A stretch of DNA of 64,000 bases, from the NCBI GenBank assembly GCA_964019335.1, contig OZ025751.1:1-64000 (forward strand), in the 5' to 3' direction. The stretch comes from Diplonema japonicum. Taxonomy: Eukaryota; Protista; Euglenozoa: Diplonemea. The position numbers were made by a program, and so were the translations under genes. Below the pieces are notes generated by a model. It was not told the origin of the DNA. It ran no database searches and saw only the letters and a list, made by a program, of their open reading frames with translations. Positions 53,633-63,632 of this stretch are shown piece after piece (the first letter of the stretch is position 1; each line of letters begins with the position of its first letter).

Positions 53633-54679
53633 TCAGTTTTTCTTTTGCTTTTTGTTCTTATTTTTACCGCCGGTGTCGCCCTTGCGTTTTTTCCCTTTCT
53701 CCGCAATTGTTGGGGGTGTCATAGGGTTGAGCGAAAACGGGGACGCCTCAGCAGTTTTTCGCGGGGTGGAAACGGTCTCGCTGCCGGGGGACGAAGGGAC
53801 GGGCTGCGAGAGAACATAGGGGTTCAGAGGTACAAGTGAGTTAAGGTATGCCAGCGCCTCGGAGTTTTGAGATTCCTGCCAACGCCGCTCGCTCGAGCTG
53901 TAAAAAAATTGGGGAAAAATAAAAAAAAAAAAAAAAAAAAATAAATAAAAATACCTTTTTTTATATTTTGTAATCTTGATGTTGTTGCCCCTGATGATGA
54001 CGGCCTCGGCTTGAACAGCGCTGACGGCGCCCTTGTCGTTTCGGAAGGCCGCGAAACCGTAGCTTTTGAACGCGTTTCGGTACACATAGGCCACCTTCCC
54101 AAAATGCCCTAACGCCTTGGCAACTTCCCGATTGTCACAGTTGTTGGGGAGATTTCCAATATAAACCCGCCGCGAAGGGGGGAGGGGCAAATCGACTGAT
54201 ACTCTATGAGAGGGATCTGAGGTAATGGAACAAAGGTGGGGTAATTGTACTATAGGTTTGTTATGGAAGAGAAGAGCCTGCCTCACAGGGCCGATGCTCG
54301 AAAAGGAACATTGGATGATGTTCTCGGTTATATTTAGTATCTTCTTCACCTCCCCTACTGTTTGCAACATTTTTTGAGTTAGCTCTCCGGTGATTTCTAC
54401 GCCCGGAGGGACCTCTATCCACACAGATTTTACGAGGTCATCATCGTAGTCATCCAGTTCCTCCCCTGTTTCCTTTTCTTCCTGTTTCGCTTCTTCCTCT
54501 GGTGCCGTCGTGGTTGTAATTGTCTTCTTCACTTTCCCCTTCTTCACCGGTTTCAACGCCTGCTTCTTCGACTTTTCTTCCGATGATATTGGTTCGTTGG
54601 GTTTCTCTTCTTCTGCTGCTGTGTTTTTCACTTCATCCTTCTTCTCCTCTTTTTTTTGTTTTTTATCCTTTTTCGCCAT
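53633..54679 (-). CDS. RRM RNA-binding protein with a K/E-rich N-terminus; probable in-frame intron 53898-53954
   Basis: RNP2 VYIGNL and RNP1 KSYGFAAF; a 57-nt T-rich GT..AG segment explains the poly-F stretch. Confidence 0.8.
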   Translation of the reverse strand: MAKKDKKQKKEEKKDEVKNTAAEEEKPNEPISSEEKSKKQALKPVKKGKVKKTITTTTAPEEEAKQEEKETGEELDDYDDDLVKSVWIEVPPGVEITGELTQKMLQTVGEVKKILNITENIIQCSFSSIGPVRQALLFHNKPIVQLPHLCSITSDPSHRVSVDLPLPPSRRVYIGNLPNNCDNREVAKALGHFGKVAYVYRNAFKSYGFAAFRNDKGAVSAVQAEAVIIRGNNIKITKYKKRYFYLFFFFFFFIFPQFFYSSSERRWQESQNSEALAYLNSLVPLNPYVLSQPVPSSPGSETVSTPRKTAEASPFSLNPMTPPTIAEKGKKRKGDTGGKNKNKKQKKN

Positions 54680-54996
54680 TTTTTTCTTCTTTTTTTTTTC
54701 TATCTCCCTCTGGTGTTTTGTTTTTTTGTCGCGACGTGAAAGCAACGTTAGAGAAAGAAGAAGAAAAAATTTGTGATCAGGAAGAAGAAAAAAAAGTAAA
54801 AAAATAAAATAAAAAAAAAAGAACGTAAAATAAGTATAAAAAAAAGTCTGTCTGCTTTTTGTCTTTCTCCTTTTGAATTTTGAAAAAAAAAGAATGAATA
54901 ACCGAAAGGAAGGGGGGGGATGAATAAAAAAGTCAAGAGAACTCCTCCCGCCCATGCGTCAAACCTATCCACATAAAAAAAAAAAAAAAAAAAAAC

Positions 54997-55082
54997 CTAT
55001 CCCTCGTACGAGAAGGTACCCTTTTCGCTCTTGATGGTCAGCTTGGATTCTTTGTTCTCAGATGCCTCGACACGGCCAACAA

Positions 55083-55113
<31 letters not shown>

Positions 55114-56227
55114 CTTCCCTCCAAACCTTGGCCTCAACATTGAATTTTTTCGATATTTCAATGAGCTTCTCAGCGGTGGCGCTGTCGGTGTAAATCTCCA
55201 GCCTGTGGCCCATGTTGAACACCTTGTACATCTCCTCCCACTCAGTCCCCGACTCGGCCTGGATGTGGTGGAACAACGGCGGGACCGGGAACAGCGAATC
55301 CTTCACAATATGAAGATTCTTGACGAAATGAAGAACCTTCGTCTGCGCCCCACCAGAGCAATGAATCGCTGCATGAACACTGGACCGCAGCCCGGCATCG
55401 AAAATCGCCTTCATAATAGGAGCATAGGTCCTAGTCGGTGACAGCACAAGCTTCCCAAGCGTCATATCAGGGATTTCAGGAACAGGATCGGTTAGCTTTC
55501 TAGAACCTGTGTACACCACAGAATCATCGATCCTTGGATCAAAAGATTCGGGGTATTTCGTCGCAAGCTCCTTGTGGAAAACATCGTGACGGGCAGAAGT
55601 AAGCCCGTTTGAACCCATTCCTCCATTGTACTCGGTCTCGTAAGTTGCTTGCCCGTAAGAGGCAAACCCAACAATAACGTCACCTGCTTTAACACGATCG
55701 CTTTGGATGACATCGTCTCTAGGGAGCCTAACTGTAACAGTGTTGTCAACCACTACTGTTCGGACGAGGTCGCCGACATCGGCCGTCTCGCCGCCTGTGG
55801 AAAAAATGGAGATTCCGTTTTCTCTGAGGCTTTTCATGACGTCTTCCGCACCGTCAATGAGAGCCTTTAGAACCTCTCTGGGGATGAGGCCCTTGTTGCG
55901 GCCGATGGTGGAGGAGAGGAGGATGTTGTCGGTGGCCCCTGCGCACACAACGTCATCGACGTTCATGATGATGGAGTCTTGTGCGATACCCCTCCAGACG
56001 GAGAGGTCGCCCGTCTCCTTCCAGTACATGTATGCCAGGCTTGTCTTGGTGCCTGCTCCGTCCGCGTGCATTATCACGCATTGCTTTTCGTCGCCGCCAA
56101 GGATGTCCGGGACAACCTTGCAGAAGGCTGTCGGAAAGATCCCCTTGTCTATGTTTGCGATGGCTGCATGGACGTCCTCCTTGCCTGCGCTGACGCCTCT
56201 CGCCGCGTACCTTTCTTGGCCGGACAT
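54997..56227 (-). CDS. purM: AIR synthase (phosphoribosylformylglycinamidine cyclo-ligase), Bacteroidetes-type; intron 55084-55126
   Basis: RGVSAGKEDVH, HADGAGTK, GGETAD, SNGLT, HCSGG, FNMG. Splicing gives the C-terminus VVGRVEASENKESKLTIKSEKGTFSYEG*. Confidence 0.92.
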
Positions 56228-56556
56228 TTTGCTTTTTTGCTTTTTTTTTTTGTGGGGGTGGGATTAAAAAAATTTTTTTAAAAAAAAGAAAATATAACAA
56301 GAAAGCTACGGTGCAAAGCAACACCACCATATGCAAATAGGAAGAAAAAAAAATATAACAAATAAGATAAATTTGCATACGACATTTAAAAGGGGGGAAA
56401 AAAAAAAAAGGAGGGGGGAAAAGAAAGAGAGCTTCATGAACAATCTGGTGAATGAAGAGAGAAAAGGAAACATCACTTGTTTTGTGTTTACAGAGGAGGA
56501 GGTGGAGGAGGAGGAGGCCAAATAAAGTAAAGAAAAATCTGGAGTAGGGAAAAAAA

Positions 56557-56853
56557 TTATTCGTCCTTGGACTTCTTCTCCTTCTTTTCCTTCTTCTCCT
56601 TCTTTTCCTTCTTCTCTTTCTTTTCCTTCTTTTCCTTGGCCTCCTTCCTCTTTTTGGCAGCCTCCTGCTCCTTCTTCTTCTTGGCGGCCTCCTTCTCCTT
56701 CTTCTTGGCCGCCTTTTCCTTTTCCTCCTTCTTTTTCTTGGCCGCCGCATCAGCTGCATCCTTCTTTTTCTTCAACCTGGCTTCCTTCATCCTGGCAGAC
56801 CTCTCTTTGTCAACAACGTGACCCTCCATGGAGAACATCTCAACTTTGCCCAT
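56557..56853 (-). CDS. Small K/E/A-rich protein, divergent copy 1
   Basis: Conserved N-terminus MGKVEMFSMEGHVVDKERS followed by a charged tail. Confidence 0.8.
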   Translation of the reverse strand: MGKVEMFSMEGHVVDKERSARMKEARLKKKKDAADAAAKKKKEEKEKAAKKKEKEAAKKKKEQEAAKKRKEAKEKKEKKEKKEKKEKKEKKEKKSKDE

Positions 56854-57079
56854 TTTCTTTTCTTTTTTTTTTTTTTAAGAGTGGTAAAGGCTAAACTGTA
56901 GTGAAGGTGTTTTTCTTTTAAGAAGCGACAAAAAGTAAAAAAATGAATAAAGCAATTTGGTGCAAAGCTACACCACCACCCAACGGGTGGCATACAAAAA
57001 AGGGGTTTTTACAAAGAGAGGAAACAGGACCACGTATACTAACAAGGATGAGGGGAGGAAAAGGAGGGGGATAAGGAGC

Positions 57080-57502
57080 CTAGTTCTTCTTCTCAGCCTC
57101 CTTCTTCTTCTTCTCGGCGGCCTTCTTCTTCTCGGCCTCCTTCTTCTTCTTCTCGGCCTCCTTCTTCTTCTTCTCGGCCTCCTTCTTCTTTTCAGCAGAT
57201 TTTTTCTCGGCCTCCTTCTTCTTCTCGGCGGCCTTCTTCTTCTTCTCAGCCTCCTTCTCCTTCTTCTCCTTCGCGGCCTCCCTCTTCTTCTCGGCCTTCT
57301 CCTTCTTCTTCTCCTTCTTCGCCTCCTCCCTCTCCTTCTTCGCCTCCCTCTTCGCCTCCTTCTTGGCCTTCTCCTTCTCCTTCTTTTCAGCTGCTACCTT
57401 CTTGGCCTCCTCCTTCTTCGCCAATCTGGCCTGCTTCACTCTGTCAGACCTCTCTTTGTCAACAACGTGACCCTCCATGGAGAACATCTCGACCTTGCCC
57501 AT
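57080..57502 (-). CDS. Small K/E/A-rich protein, copy 2
   Basis: Same N-terminus; EAEKKKK repeats; AAG/GAG codons. Confidence 0.85.
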   Translation of the reverse strand: MGKVEMFSMEGHVVDKERSDRVKQARLAKKEEAKKVAAEKKEKEKAKKEAKREAKKEREEAKKEKKKEKAEKKREAAKEKKEKEAEKKKKAAEKKKEAEKKSAEKKKEAEKKKKEAEKKKKEAEKKKAAEKKKKEAEKKN

Positions 57503-57724
57503 TTTTTGTTAGTTGGTGGTAAAAAGGAGTTTAGAAAAACTGTAGGTGGGATTTAGAGAATCGGGAATAATAATTTTTAAAAACGAAAAAAAAAAAAAAA
57601 AAAGGGATAAATCTTTCTTGAAAAAGAGAAAACGTGGAATCGGAAAAAAAAAAAAAAAAAAAAAAAAAAGGTGTGAAATTCAAAGATAAGAGAGGGAGAG
57701 GGAAACAGAATGGCTTGCTTGGTA

Positions 57725-58249
57725 TCACAAGGGTTCAGGCTCATCAAGTTCTTTTTTTCGCTTCCATTTCGCCTCCCTCCGCTCTTCAAAAGCTTCTCTC
57801 TTCCTCTTGCGGCCTTCGAGCACCCCTTTTGTTTTGTTGCACTCCTTTTGTAACTGGTTGAAGATTCTATCCTCTTCCTTCTCGAGCCGCTTGCGTTCCT
57901 TGCTCTCCATCTTCTCGAACTGCCAGCATAACTTGATGGCTTGCTTTTCCTGCTTCTCAATTTTCTTTTGCTCCTTCACCTCTTGTTTCATTGCAAGAAA
58001 AGAATCCTTGGCGTTAGGCACGTGTTCCTCATTTTCTTCGGCTTGCTCGTCTTCAGACAAGGGAGCATCCTCGAGGGGTACCTCCGGTAAAAAGCTCATT
58101 TTTTTGTAGTACCGAGCCTTTTTTTCTTCTTCCTTCTTTTGCTTTTTCGCCTCTTTTAACAGCCAGAATGCCTCCTTCTTTTGGCGTTTTTCCACGTCCT
58201 GAGGATCAGGTTCCATCACAAAATACTCTGGCCTCTCCAAGGACACCAT
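57725..58249 (-). CDS. Hypothetical K/E-rich coiled-coil protein
   Basis: 174-aa ORF from ATG 58249 with mixed codons. Confidence 0.55.
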   Translation of the reverse strand: MVSLERPEYFVMEPDPQDVEKRQKKEAFWLLKEAKKQKKEEEKKARYYKKMSFLPEVPLEDAPLSEDEQAEENEEHVPNAKDSFLAMKQEVKEQKKIEKQEKQAIKLCWQFEKMESKERKRLEKEEDRIFNQLQKECNKTKGVLEGRKRKREAFEERREAKWKRKKELDEPEPL

Positions 58250-58640
58250 CGGGAGCGTGTTATCAATTATTTCCCTCCCTTTATTATTATTATTTTTCTT
58301 TTTTTTTCTTTCTTTCTGAGGACACACGGACAGCACACATATTTTTTTTTAGATATCAGGATGGAAAAAAAATAAATGAAAAAAAAATTCAAAGAAACTG
58401 GGTGGAAGGAAAATGGAAAGGGGGTGGGGGAAAAGGGGGGAGGGAAATACACAAAAAACTTAAAAAAGAAAAAAAAAAAGAAGAAAGTTTGGTGCAAAAC
58501 AACACCACCACCGGACAGGTGGCATACAATTGGGTTACAGTTGAAAATATGGGGTAAACGCAGTAATATAAGGGCATGAAAAGGGATGGAGGGGTGGAAT
58601 GAAAGGACCAAGTATTTAGTTCGGGTTGCCTTGCAAATGC

Positions 58641-59030
58641 CTAGTTGTTCTTCTTCTTCTCGGCCTCCTTCTTCTTCTTCTCGGCGGCCTTCTTCTTCTT
58701 CTCAGCCTCCTTCTTCTTTTCGGCAGACTTCTTCTCAGCCTCCTTCTTCTTCTCAGCGGCCTTCTTCTTCTTCTCAGCCTCCTTCTCCTTCTTCTCCTTT
58801 GCGGCCTCCCTCTTCTTCTCGGCCTTCTCCTTCTTCTTCTCCTTCTTCGCCTCCTCCCTCTCCTTCTTCGCCTCCCTCTTCGCCTCCTTCTTGGCCTTCT
58901 CCTTCTCCTTCTTTTCAGCTGCTACCTTCTTGGCCTCCTCCTTCTTCGCCAATCTGGCTTCCTTCATCCTGGCAGACCTCTCTTTGTCAACAACGTGACC
59001 CTCCATGGAGAACATCTCGACCTTGCCCAT
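58641..59030 (-). CDS. Small K/E/A-rich protein, copy 3
   Basis: 129 aa, same protein as copy 4. Confidence 0.85.
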   Translation of the reverse strand: MGKVEMFSMEGHVVDKERSARMKEARLAKKEEAKKVAAEKKEKEKAKKEAKREAKKEREEAKKEKKKEKAEKKREAAKEKKEKEAEKKKKAAEKKKEAEKKSAEKKKEAEKKKKAAEKKKKEAEKKKNN

Positions 59031-59202
59031 TTTTGTTAGTTTGGTGGTAAAAAGATTTAGAACTGTGATGGGTGGTGAGAGGGACTCGTCAGTGCGGAAC
59101 AGAGAACATTGGGCCCCGGTGAATAGTGCGGTGGAGTTGCTGCTGCTCGATACGAGAAAGGCACGGGCGTTTGTCCCGTGTACGAAAAAAGTACAGCCAA
59201 CA

Positions 59203-59962
59203 TCAGTAAGACCCATCGAAAAGGAAGTGTATCCTCAAACCCTTTTAAAAGGTCGGTTCTAGTAGCTGGTAAAAATTTTATCATCATCTGATGGAAAAAG
59301 CATTTTTCGATTTTCTCTGTATCCCGCAGCAATCTCGCAGGACTATCTGACCCTTGCCGCAATTTTTGTGCGAAAGGGGACACATGGCTTGCTGAAAGGG
59401 AAGCACACCAACAGCCAACATCAGTAAGACCCATCGAAAAGGAAGTGTATCCTCAAACCCTTTTAAAAGGTCGGTTCTAGTAGCTGGTAAATTGTTTATC
59501 ATCATCTTTAATGGTTTGGCCTCTTTCTATTCCGCAGCAATCTCGCAGGACTATCTGACCCTTGCCGTAATTTTTGTGCGAAAGGGGACACATGGCATGT
59601 TGAGGACTGGGAAATGGGGTTCCTTTGGTACCACCAACAGCCAACATCAGTAAGACCCATCGAAAAGGAAGTGTATCCTCAAACCCTTTTAAAAGGTCGG
59701 TTCTAGTAGCTGGTAAAAATTATTTCATCATCTAATGCTATTTGGCTTCTCCAGGTGGTTCTGCCCTATCCCCCTTTACTCCGCAGCAATCTCGCAGGAC
59801 TATCTGACCCTTGCCGCAATTTTTGTGCGAAAGGGGACACATGGCATGCTAAAAGGGAAGTACACCAACAGCCAACATCAGTAAGACCCATCGAAAAGGA
59901 AGTGTATCCTCAAACCCTTTTAAAAAGGTCGGTTCTAGTAGCTGGTAAATGTGAGTCATCAT
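59203..59962 (-). ncRNA. snoRNA cluster: four C/D copies (59203-59287, 59421-59505, 59647-59731, 59878-59962) alternating with three candidate AGA-box RNAs (59330-59394, 59538-59602, 59787-59851)
   Basis: Same boxes and guides as the 18-kb cluster; box C is kept although the adjacent bases differ between copies. Confidence 0.85.
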
Positions 59963-60132
59963 ATTGTTGGGCTTGTAAACACCACGGGGCAGGGAGGGAT
60001 AGATCAAAAACAGGGCTTTGGCAGTTGCGTACATTTGAAATAGAATATAGAAAGAGATACAAAAAAAAAAAACAAATGGGGCTTTGATTGCAACACTAGG
60101 TGGCGTTAAGCGTGCAATGAAGCACGAACTAC

Positions 60133-60402
60133 CTACTTGATTACAGGGGGCGCTCCCCGGCCGAGTTGTAGCTTCTTTTGCGTTCCGCGTCGTGTCCTTA
60201 ATGCGTGCGGTGTGCTCAACCCTAGCCGGGGCGTCCCGGGTAACCAAGATTCTGCGCTCGTGCAGTTTGCTGCCTGTTCGTCACCCTGAGCATCTGCGTT
60301 ACGTTCTTCCACTCGGGCGCTACCGGTGATGACCGACGAGGAGGTCAACAGCGAACAACACATCTGATGTACTTCTTATATTTCCATGTTATCCCCACCA
60401 CC
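60133..60402. repeat. Dispersed ~270-bp repeat, copy 2
   Basis: Matches 4890-5162. Confidence 0.8.
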
Positions 60403-60615
60403 ATTAACAAAACAAAGAAGGAAAAGAAATGGGGTACTATGGTGCAAAGCTACACCACCACCACACAGGTGGCATACAAAAGGGGATTCACAAACATGGA
60501 AGAATGGGGGTAAACAAAACACAAAAAAAGGGCAAAATTAAAAAGGGTGAAGAGTAAGGGGAAGAGACCTTCGACGGGGGGGAAGGAATGAGAGAAAGAG
60601 AGAGAGAGAGAGAGC

Positions 60616-61005
60616 CTAGTTGTTCTTCTTCTTCTCGGCCTCCTTCTTCTTCTTCTCGGCGGCCTTCTTCTTCTTCTCAGCCTCCTTCTTCTTTTCGGCA
60701 GACTTCTTCTCAGCCTCCTTCTTCTTCTCAGCGGCCTTCTTCTTCTTCTCAGCTTCCTTCTCCTTCTTCTCCTTCGCGGCCTCCCTCTTCTTCTCGGCCT
60801 TCTCCTTCTTCTTCTCCTTCTTCGCCTCCTCCCTCTCCTTCTTCGCCTCCCTCTTCGCCTCCTTCTTGGCCTTCTCCTTCTCCTTCTTTTCAGCTGCTAC
60901 CTTCTTGGCCTCCTCCTTCTTCGCCAATCTGGCTTCCTTCATCCTGGCAGACCTCTCTTTGTCAACAACGTGACCCTCCATGGAGAACATCTCGACCTTG
61001 CCCAT
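60616..61005 (-). CDS. Small K/E/A-rich protein, copy 4
   Basis: 129 aa. Confidence 0.85.
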   Translation of the reverse strand: MGKVEMFSMEGHVVDKERSARMKEARLAKKEEAKKVAAEKKEKEKAKKEAKREAKKEREEAKKEKKKEKAEKKREAAKEKKEKEAEKKKKAAEKKKEAEKKSAEKKKEAEKKKKAAEKKKKEAEKKKNN

Positions 61006-61203
61006 TTTTTGTTAGTTTGGTGGTAAAAAGGAGTTTAGAAAAACTGTGGATAGGATTTTTAAGGTGTTTGGAAGTTTAGAAAGAACTGTGGATAGGATTT
61101 TTTTTTTTTTCTTTCCCCCCCTTCTTCCCTCCCCTTTCTCTCTTTTCTTTTTTCGTACGCAAAAAAAAAAAAAAAAAACACCCTACCAAATGAAACAAAA
61201 CAA

Positions 61204-61246
<43 letters not shown>

Positions 61247-61280
61247 CGGGACAACAAAAAGCCCTTCTGTATAAGCCCCA

Positions 61281-62741
61281 CTAAGTGGGGGACGTCCTTG
61301 CAGCAGAGCCTGCGGCTGCAAGAACGGGCGGCGAAGGAGTTCGCGGGGGGGTTCGCGGGCGGCGAGGGGTTCGGGGGGAGGAGGAAGTTCCTCTTCCACC
61401 CCACAGGCGTGGGGTGGGCGTGGTCTCCTGGTTGGACGTGAGCTGTTCAAGAAGAGCTCCCTCGTTCGAAACCACCGAGTAGAGTGCATCATCCGCTGGG
61501 AATCTTCTCAGCACGCGTTCTACAGCGGGACCGTACTCCACTGCAGTCAGATTGTTCATTGCGAAAGTCTTTAAGTTTGCGACTATCTGGGGACGGGGTG
61601 GGGTTTCAGGGGGCATCTGCACCACCTGCTGAACAGAGCTTTCCTTTTCAAACAGCTTACTCTTCAAATATTCAATTTCACGCTCTGCTTCCTCGAGTTT
61701 CCGCTGCAAGCCAGCATTGTCTTCACAATTATCCTTTTGTACCATGGGGACAGTTCTTGTCGGCGGGGTTGGAGCGGTCCCCGCGCCTTCGAAAAGAGAA
61801 CCGAATCCTTGTTTACCGCCTTTTTCTTTTTCTCGTTGTTTTATGAGTTTCACATCCTGCTTTGTAGGGGGCTGGCTGAAGTACTCACGGACGATGCGAA
61901 GATTCCTCACGTTTCCAAAGGACGCGAGGAGATCCCCGTCGAGATGGTCAAGGTTCTTCTCTTCAAGAAGAGACCCCATTGCAGCTGCATCACCTCCACA
62001 TTTAATGAGGAACGACTCAGTAGTGACAGGATCCAAGGCCAGAATCATATGAATGTTTGAAATAACTTCTTCGGAAGGCTGCCACCAAGGGTACACGAGG
62101 TCGATGTCAGGGCATCTTCTTGCATGAAAAACCGTTGTAACCGGGCTGTCGTAAGTAGACAGCATATACGCGGTGTAAAGCGACGTGGCAGCCTGAAATA
62201 CCACGTTTAGTATATCGTTCACATTTCCGCTGAAATTCGTCAGAAAGACTATGAAGCTGTACAAAGAAGCAACGAGGATTACAATGGCAGAGAGGCGGGT
62301 GCAGATGTTGAAAATGCTCTTTCGTTCTTTAGCGACTTCGAGCCAGACAATCAGGCTGAGTGAGCCGAATTGCGACGGGCCGATTTTGATTGACAACAAA
62401 ATGAATTGAACCACCATGACCATCCCCGCCCAGACCCCTCCGAGTATGATCAGAACCCCCATAGAAGAACCAGACAGTTTGTCACACGTGAACATATCGT
62501 TCGAGACGGTGACGTTCTTTAAAGGTCTCGTTGCATCCCCTTCCTGCAGACAGTCGTTGAGGTCCTCTTCACACCAGGTGCTCACCAGATCGTTTATAAC
62601 AAGCAGGAACCCGTACCACATCAGGAAGTAAGGCGCGAACTGCGCCGACACGCATAGGATCTTGTCCTTTCCCCAGCTTCTTTTCCCGTCGTTTCGGGGT
62701 GCTTCCCCCACCAGAGCATCGTTCAAAGGTGTGTCCAGCAT
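61281..62741 (-). CDS. Hypothetical multi-pass membrane protein with a C-terminal coiled coil
   Basis: About four hydrophobic segments; LQRKLEEAEREIEYLKSKL. Confidence 0.7.
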   Translation of the reverse strand: MLDTPLNDALVGEAPRNDGKRSWGKDKILCVSAQFAPYFLMWYGFLLVINDLVSTWCEEDLNDCLQEGDATRPLKNVTVSNDMFTCDKLSGSSMGVLIILGGVWAGMVMVVQFILLSIKIGPSQFGSLSLIVWLEVAKERKSIFNICTRLSAIVILVASLYSFIVFLTNFSGNVNDILNVVFQAATSLYTAYMLSTYDSPVTTVFHARRCPDIDLVYPWWQPSEEVISNIHMILALDPVTTESFLIKCGGDAAAMGSLLEEKNLDHLDGDLLASFGNVRNLRIVREYFSQPPTKQDVKLIKQREKEKGGKQGFGSLFEGAGTAPTPPTRTVPMVQKDNCEDNAGLQRKLEEAEREIEYLKSKLFEKESSVQQVVQMPPETPPRPQIVANLKTFAMNNLTAVEYGPAVERVLRRFPADDALYSVVSNEGALLEQLTSNQETTPTPRLWGGRGTSSSPRTPRRPRTPPRTPSPPVLAAAGSAARTSPT

Positions 62742-63079
62742 TTCGTTTGTATCAGAAGCATTTCTTTTTTTTTTTCCTTTTTTTTTTTAAATAATGGAAG
62801 GAGGACAGCGAAGTCTCATTAACAAAAATAACAACTACAAAAAAAATGGAACAGAATGGTAAGGAAGAGGGAGAAGAAGAAAGGAAAAGAAGAAAAAAAA
62901 AAAAAAAAAAAAAAAAAAAGCGCCAAACAGCACCATCAGTAGTTTCTGACATATTTCTCCTTTTTTTCCTCCCTTTCTTTTTTTTTTTCTGGGAAAAGGA
63001 AAATGGGGGGGAACAACTGGGATACAAGAGGGGTAAGAAATATAAAAAAAAAAAAAAGGGAAAATGGGGAAGAGGGAAC

Positions 63080-63469
63080 CTAGTTCTTGTCCTTCTTCTT
63101 CTCGGCGGCCTTCTTCTTCTCGGCCTCCTTCTTCTTCTTCTCGGCCTCCTTCTTCTTTTCAGCAGACTTCTTCTCAGCCTCCTTCTTCTTCTCGGCGGCC
63201 TTCTTCTTCTTCTCAGCCTCCTTCTCCTTCTTCTCCTTCGCGGCCTCCCTCTTCTTCTCGGCCTTCTCCTTCTTCTTCTCCTTCTTCGCCTCCTCCCTCT
63301 CCTTCTTCGCCTCCCTCTTCGCCTCCTTCTTGGCCTTCTCCTTCTCCTTCTTTTCAGCTGCTACCTTCTTGGCCTCCTCCTTCTTCGCCAATTTGGCTTC
63401 CTTCATCCTGGCAGACCTCTCTTTGTCAACAACGTGACCCTCCATGGAGAACATCTCGACCTTGCCCAT
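63080..63469 (-). CDS. Small K/E/A-rich protein, copy 5
   Basis: 129 aa, same N-terminus. Confidence 0.85.
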   Translation of the reverse strand: MGKVEMFSMEGHVVDKERSARMKEAKLAKKEEAKKVAAEKKEKEKAKKEAKREAKKEREEAKKEKKKEKAEKKREAAKEKKEKEAEKKKKAAEKKKEAEKKSAEKKKEAEKKKKEAEKKKAAEKKKDKN

Positions 63470-63632
63470 TTTTTTTTTTTTTTGTGGTGTTTAGAAGAAC
63501 TAGTGGAGGGTTTCTTTATTGCATGAAGCGAAATGTTTCTTTTTTTTTTTTTTCCCGACATATACGTGGCGAAAACCGTATTCTAGCTTCTGGCCCTTAA
63601 CACATTGGCCCGTTGGGGCACTCATACCAACA

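Noticed and set aside
59203-59962. CRISPR-like repeat-spacer array
   Set aside because: The units are 85-170 bp with snoRNA boxes and rRNA-antisense guides, in a eukaryotic context with no cas genes.
56557-63469. Histone H1 annotation for the K-rich family
   Set aside because: High Glu content, no Pro or SPKK motifs, and no globular domain.
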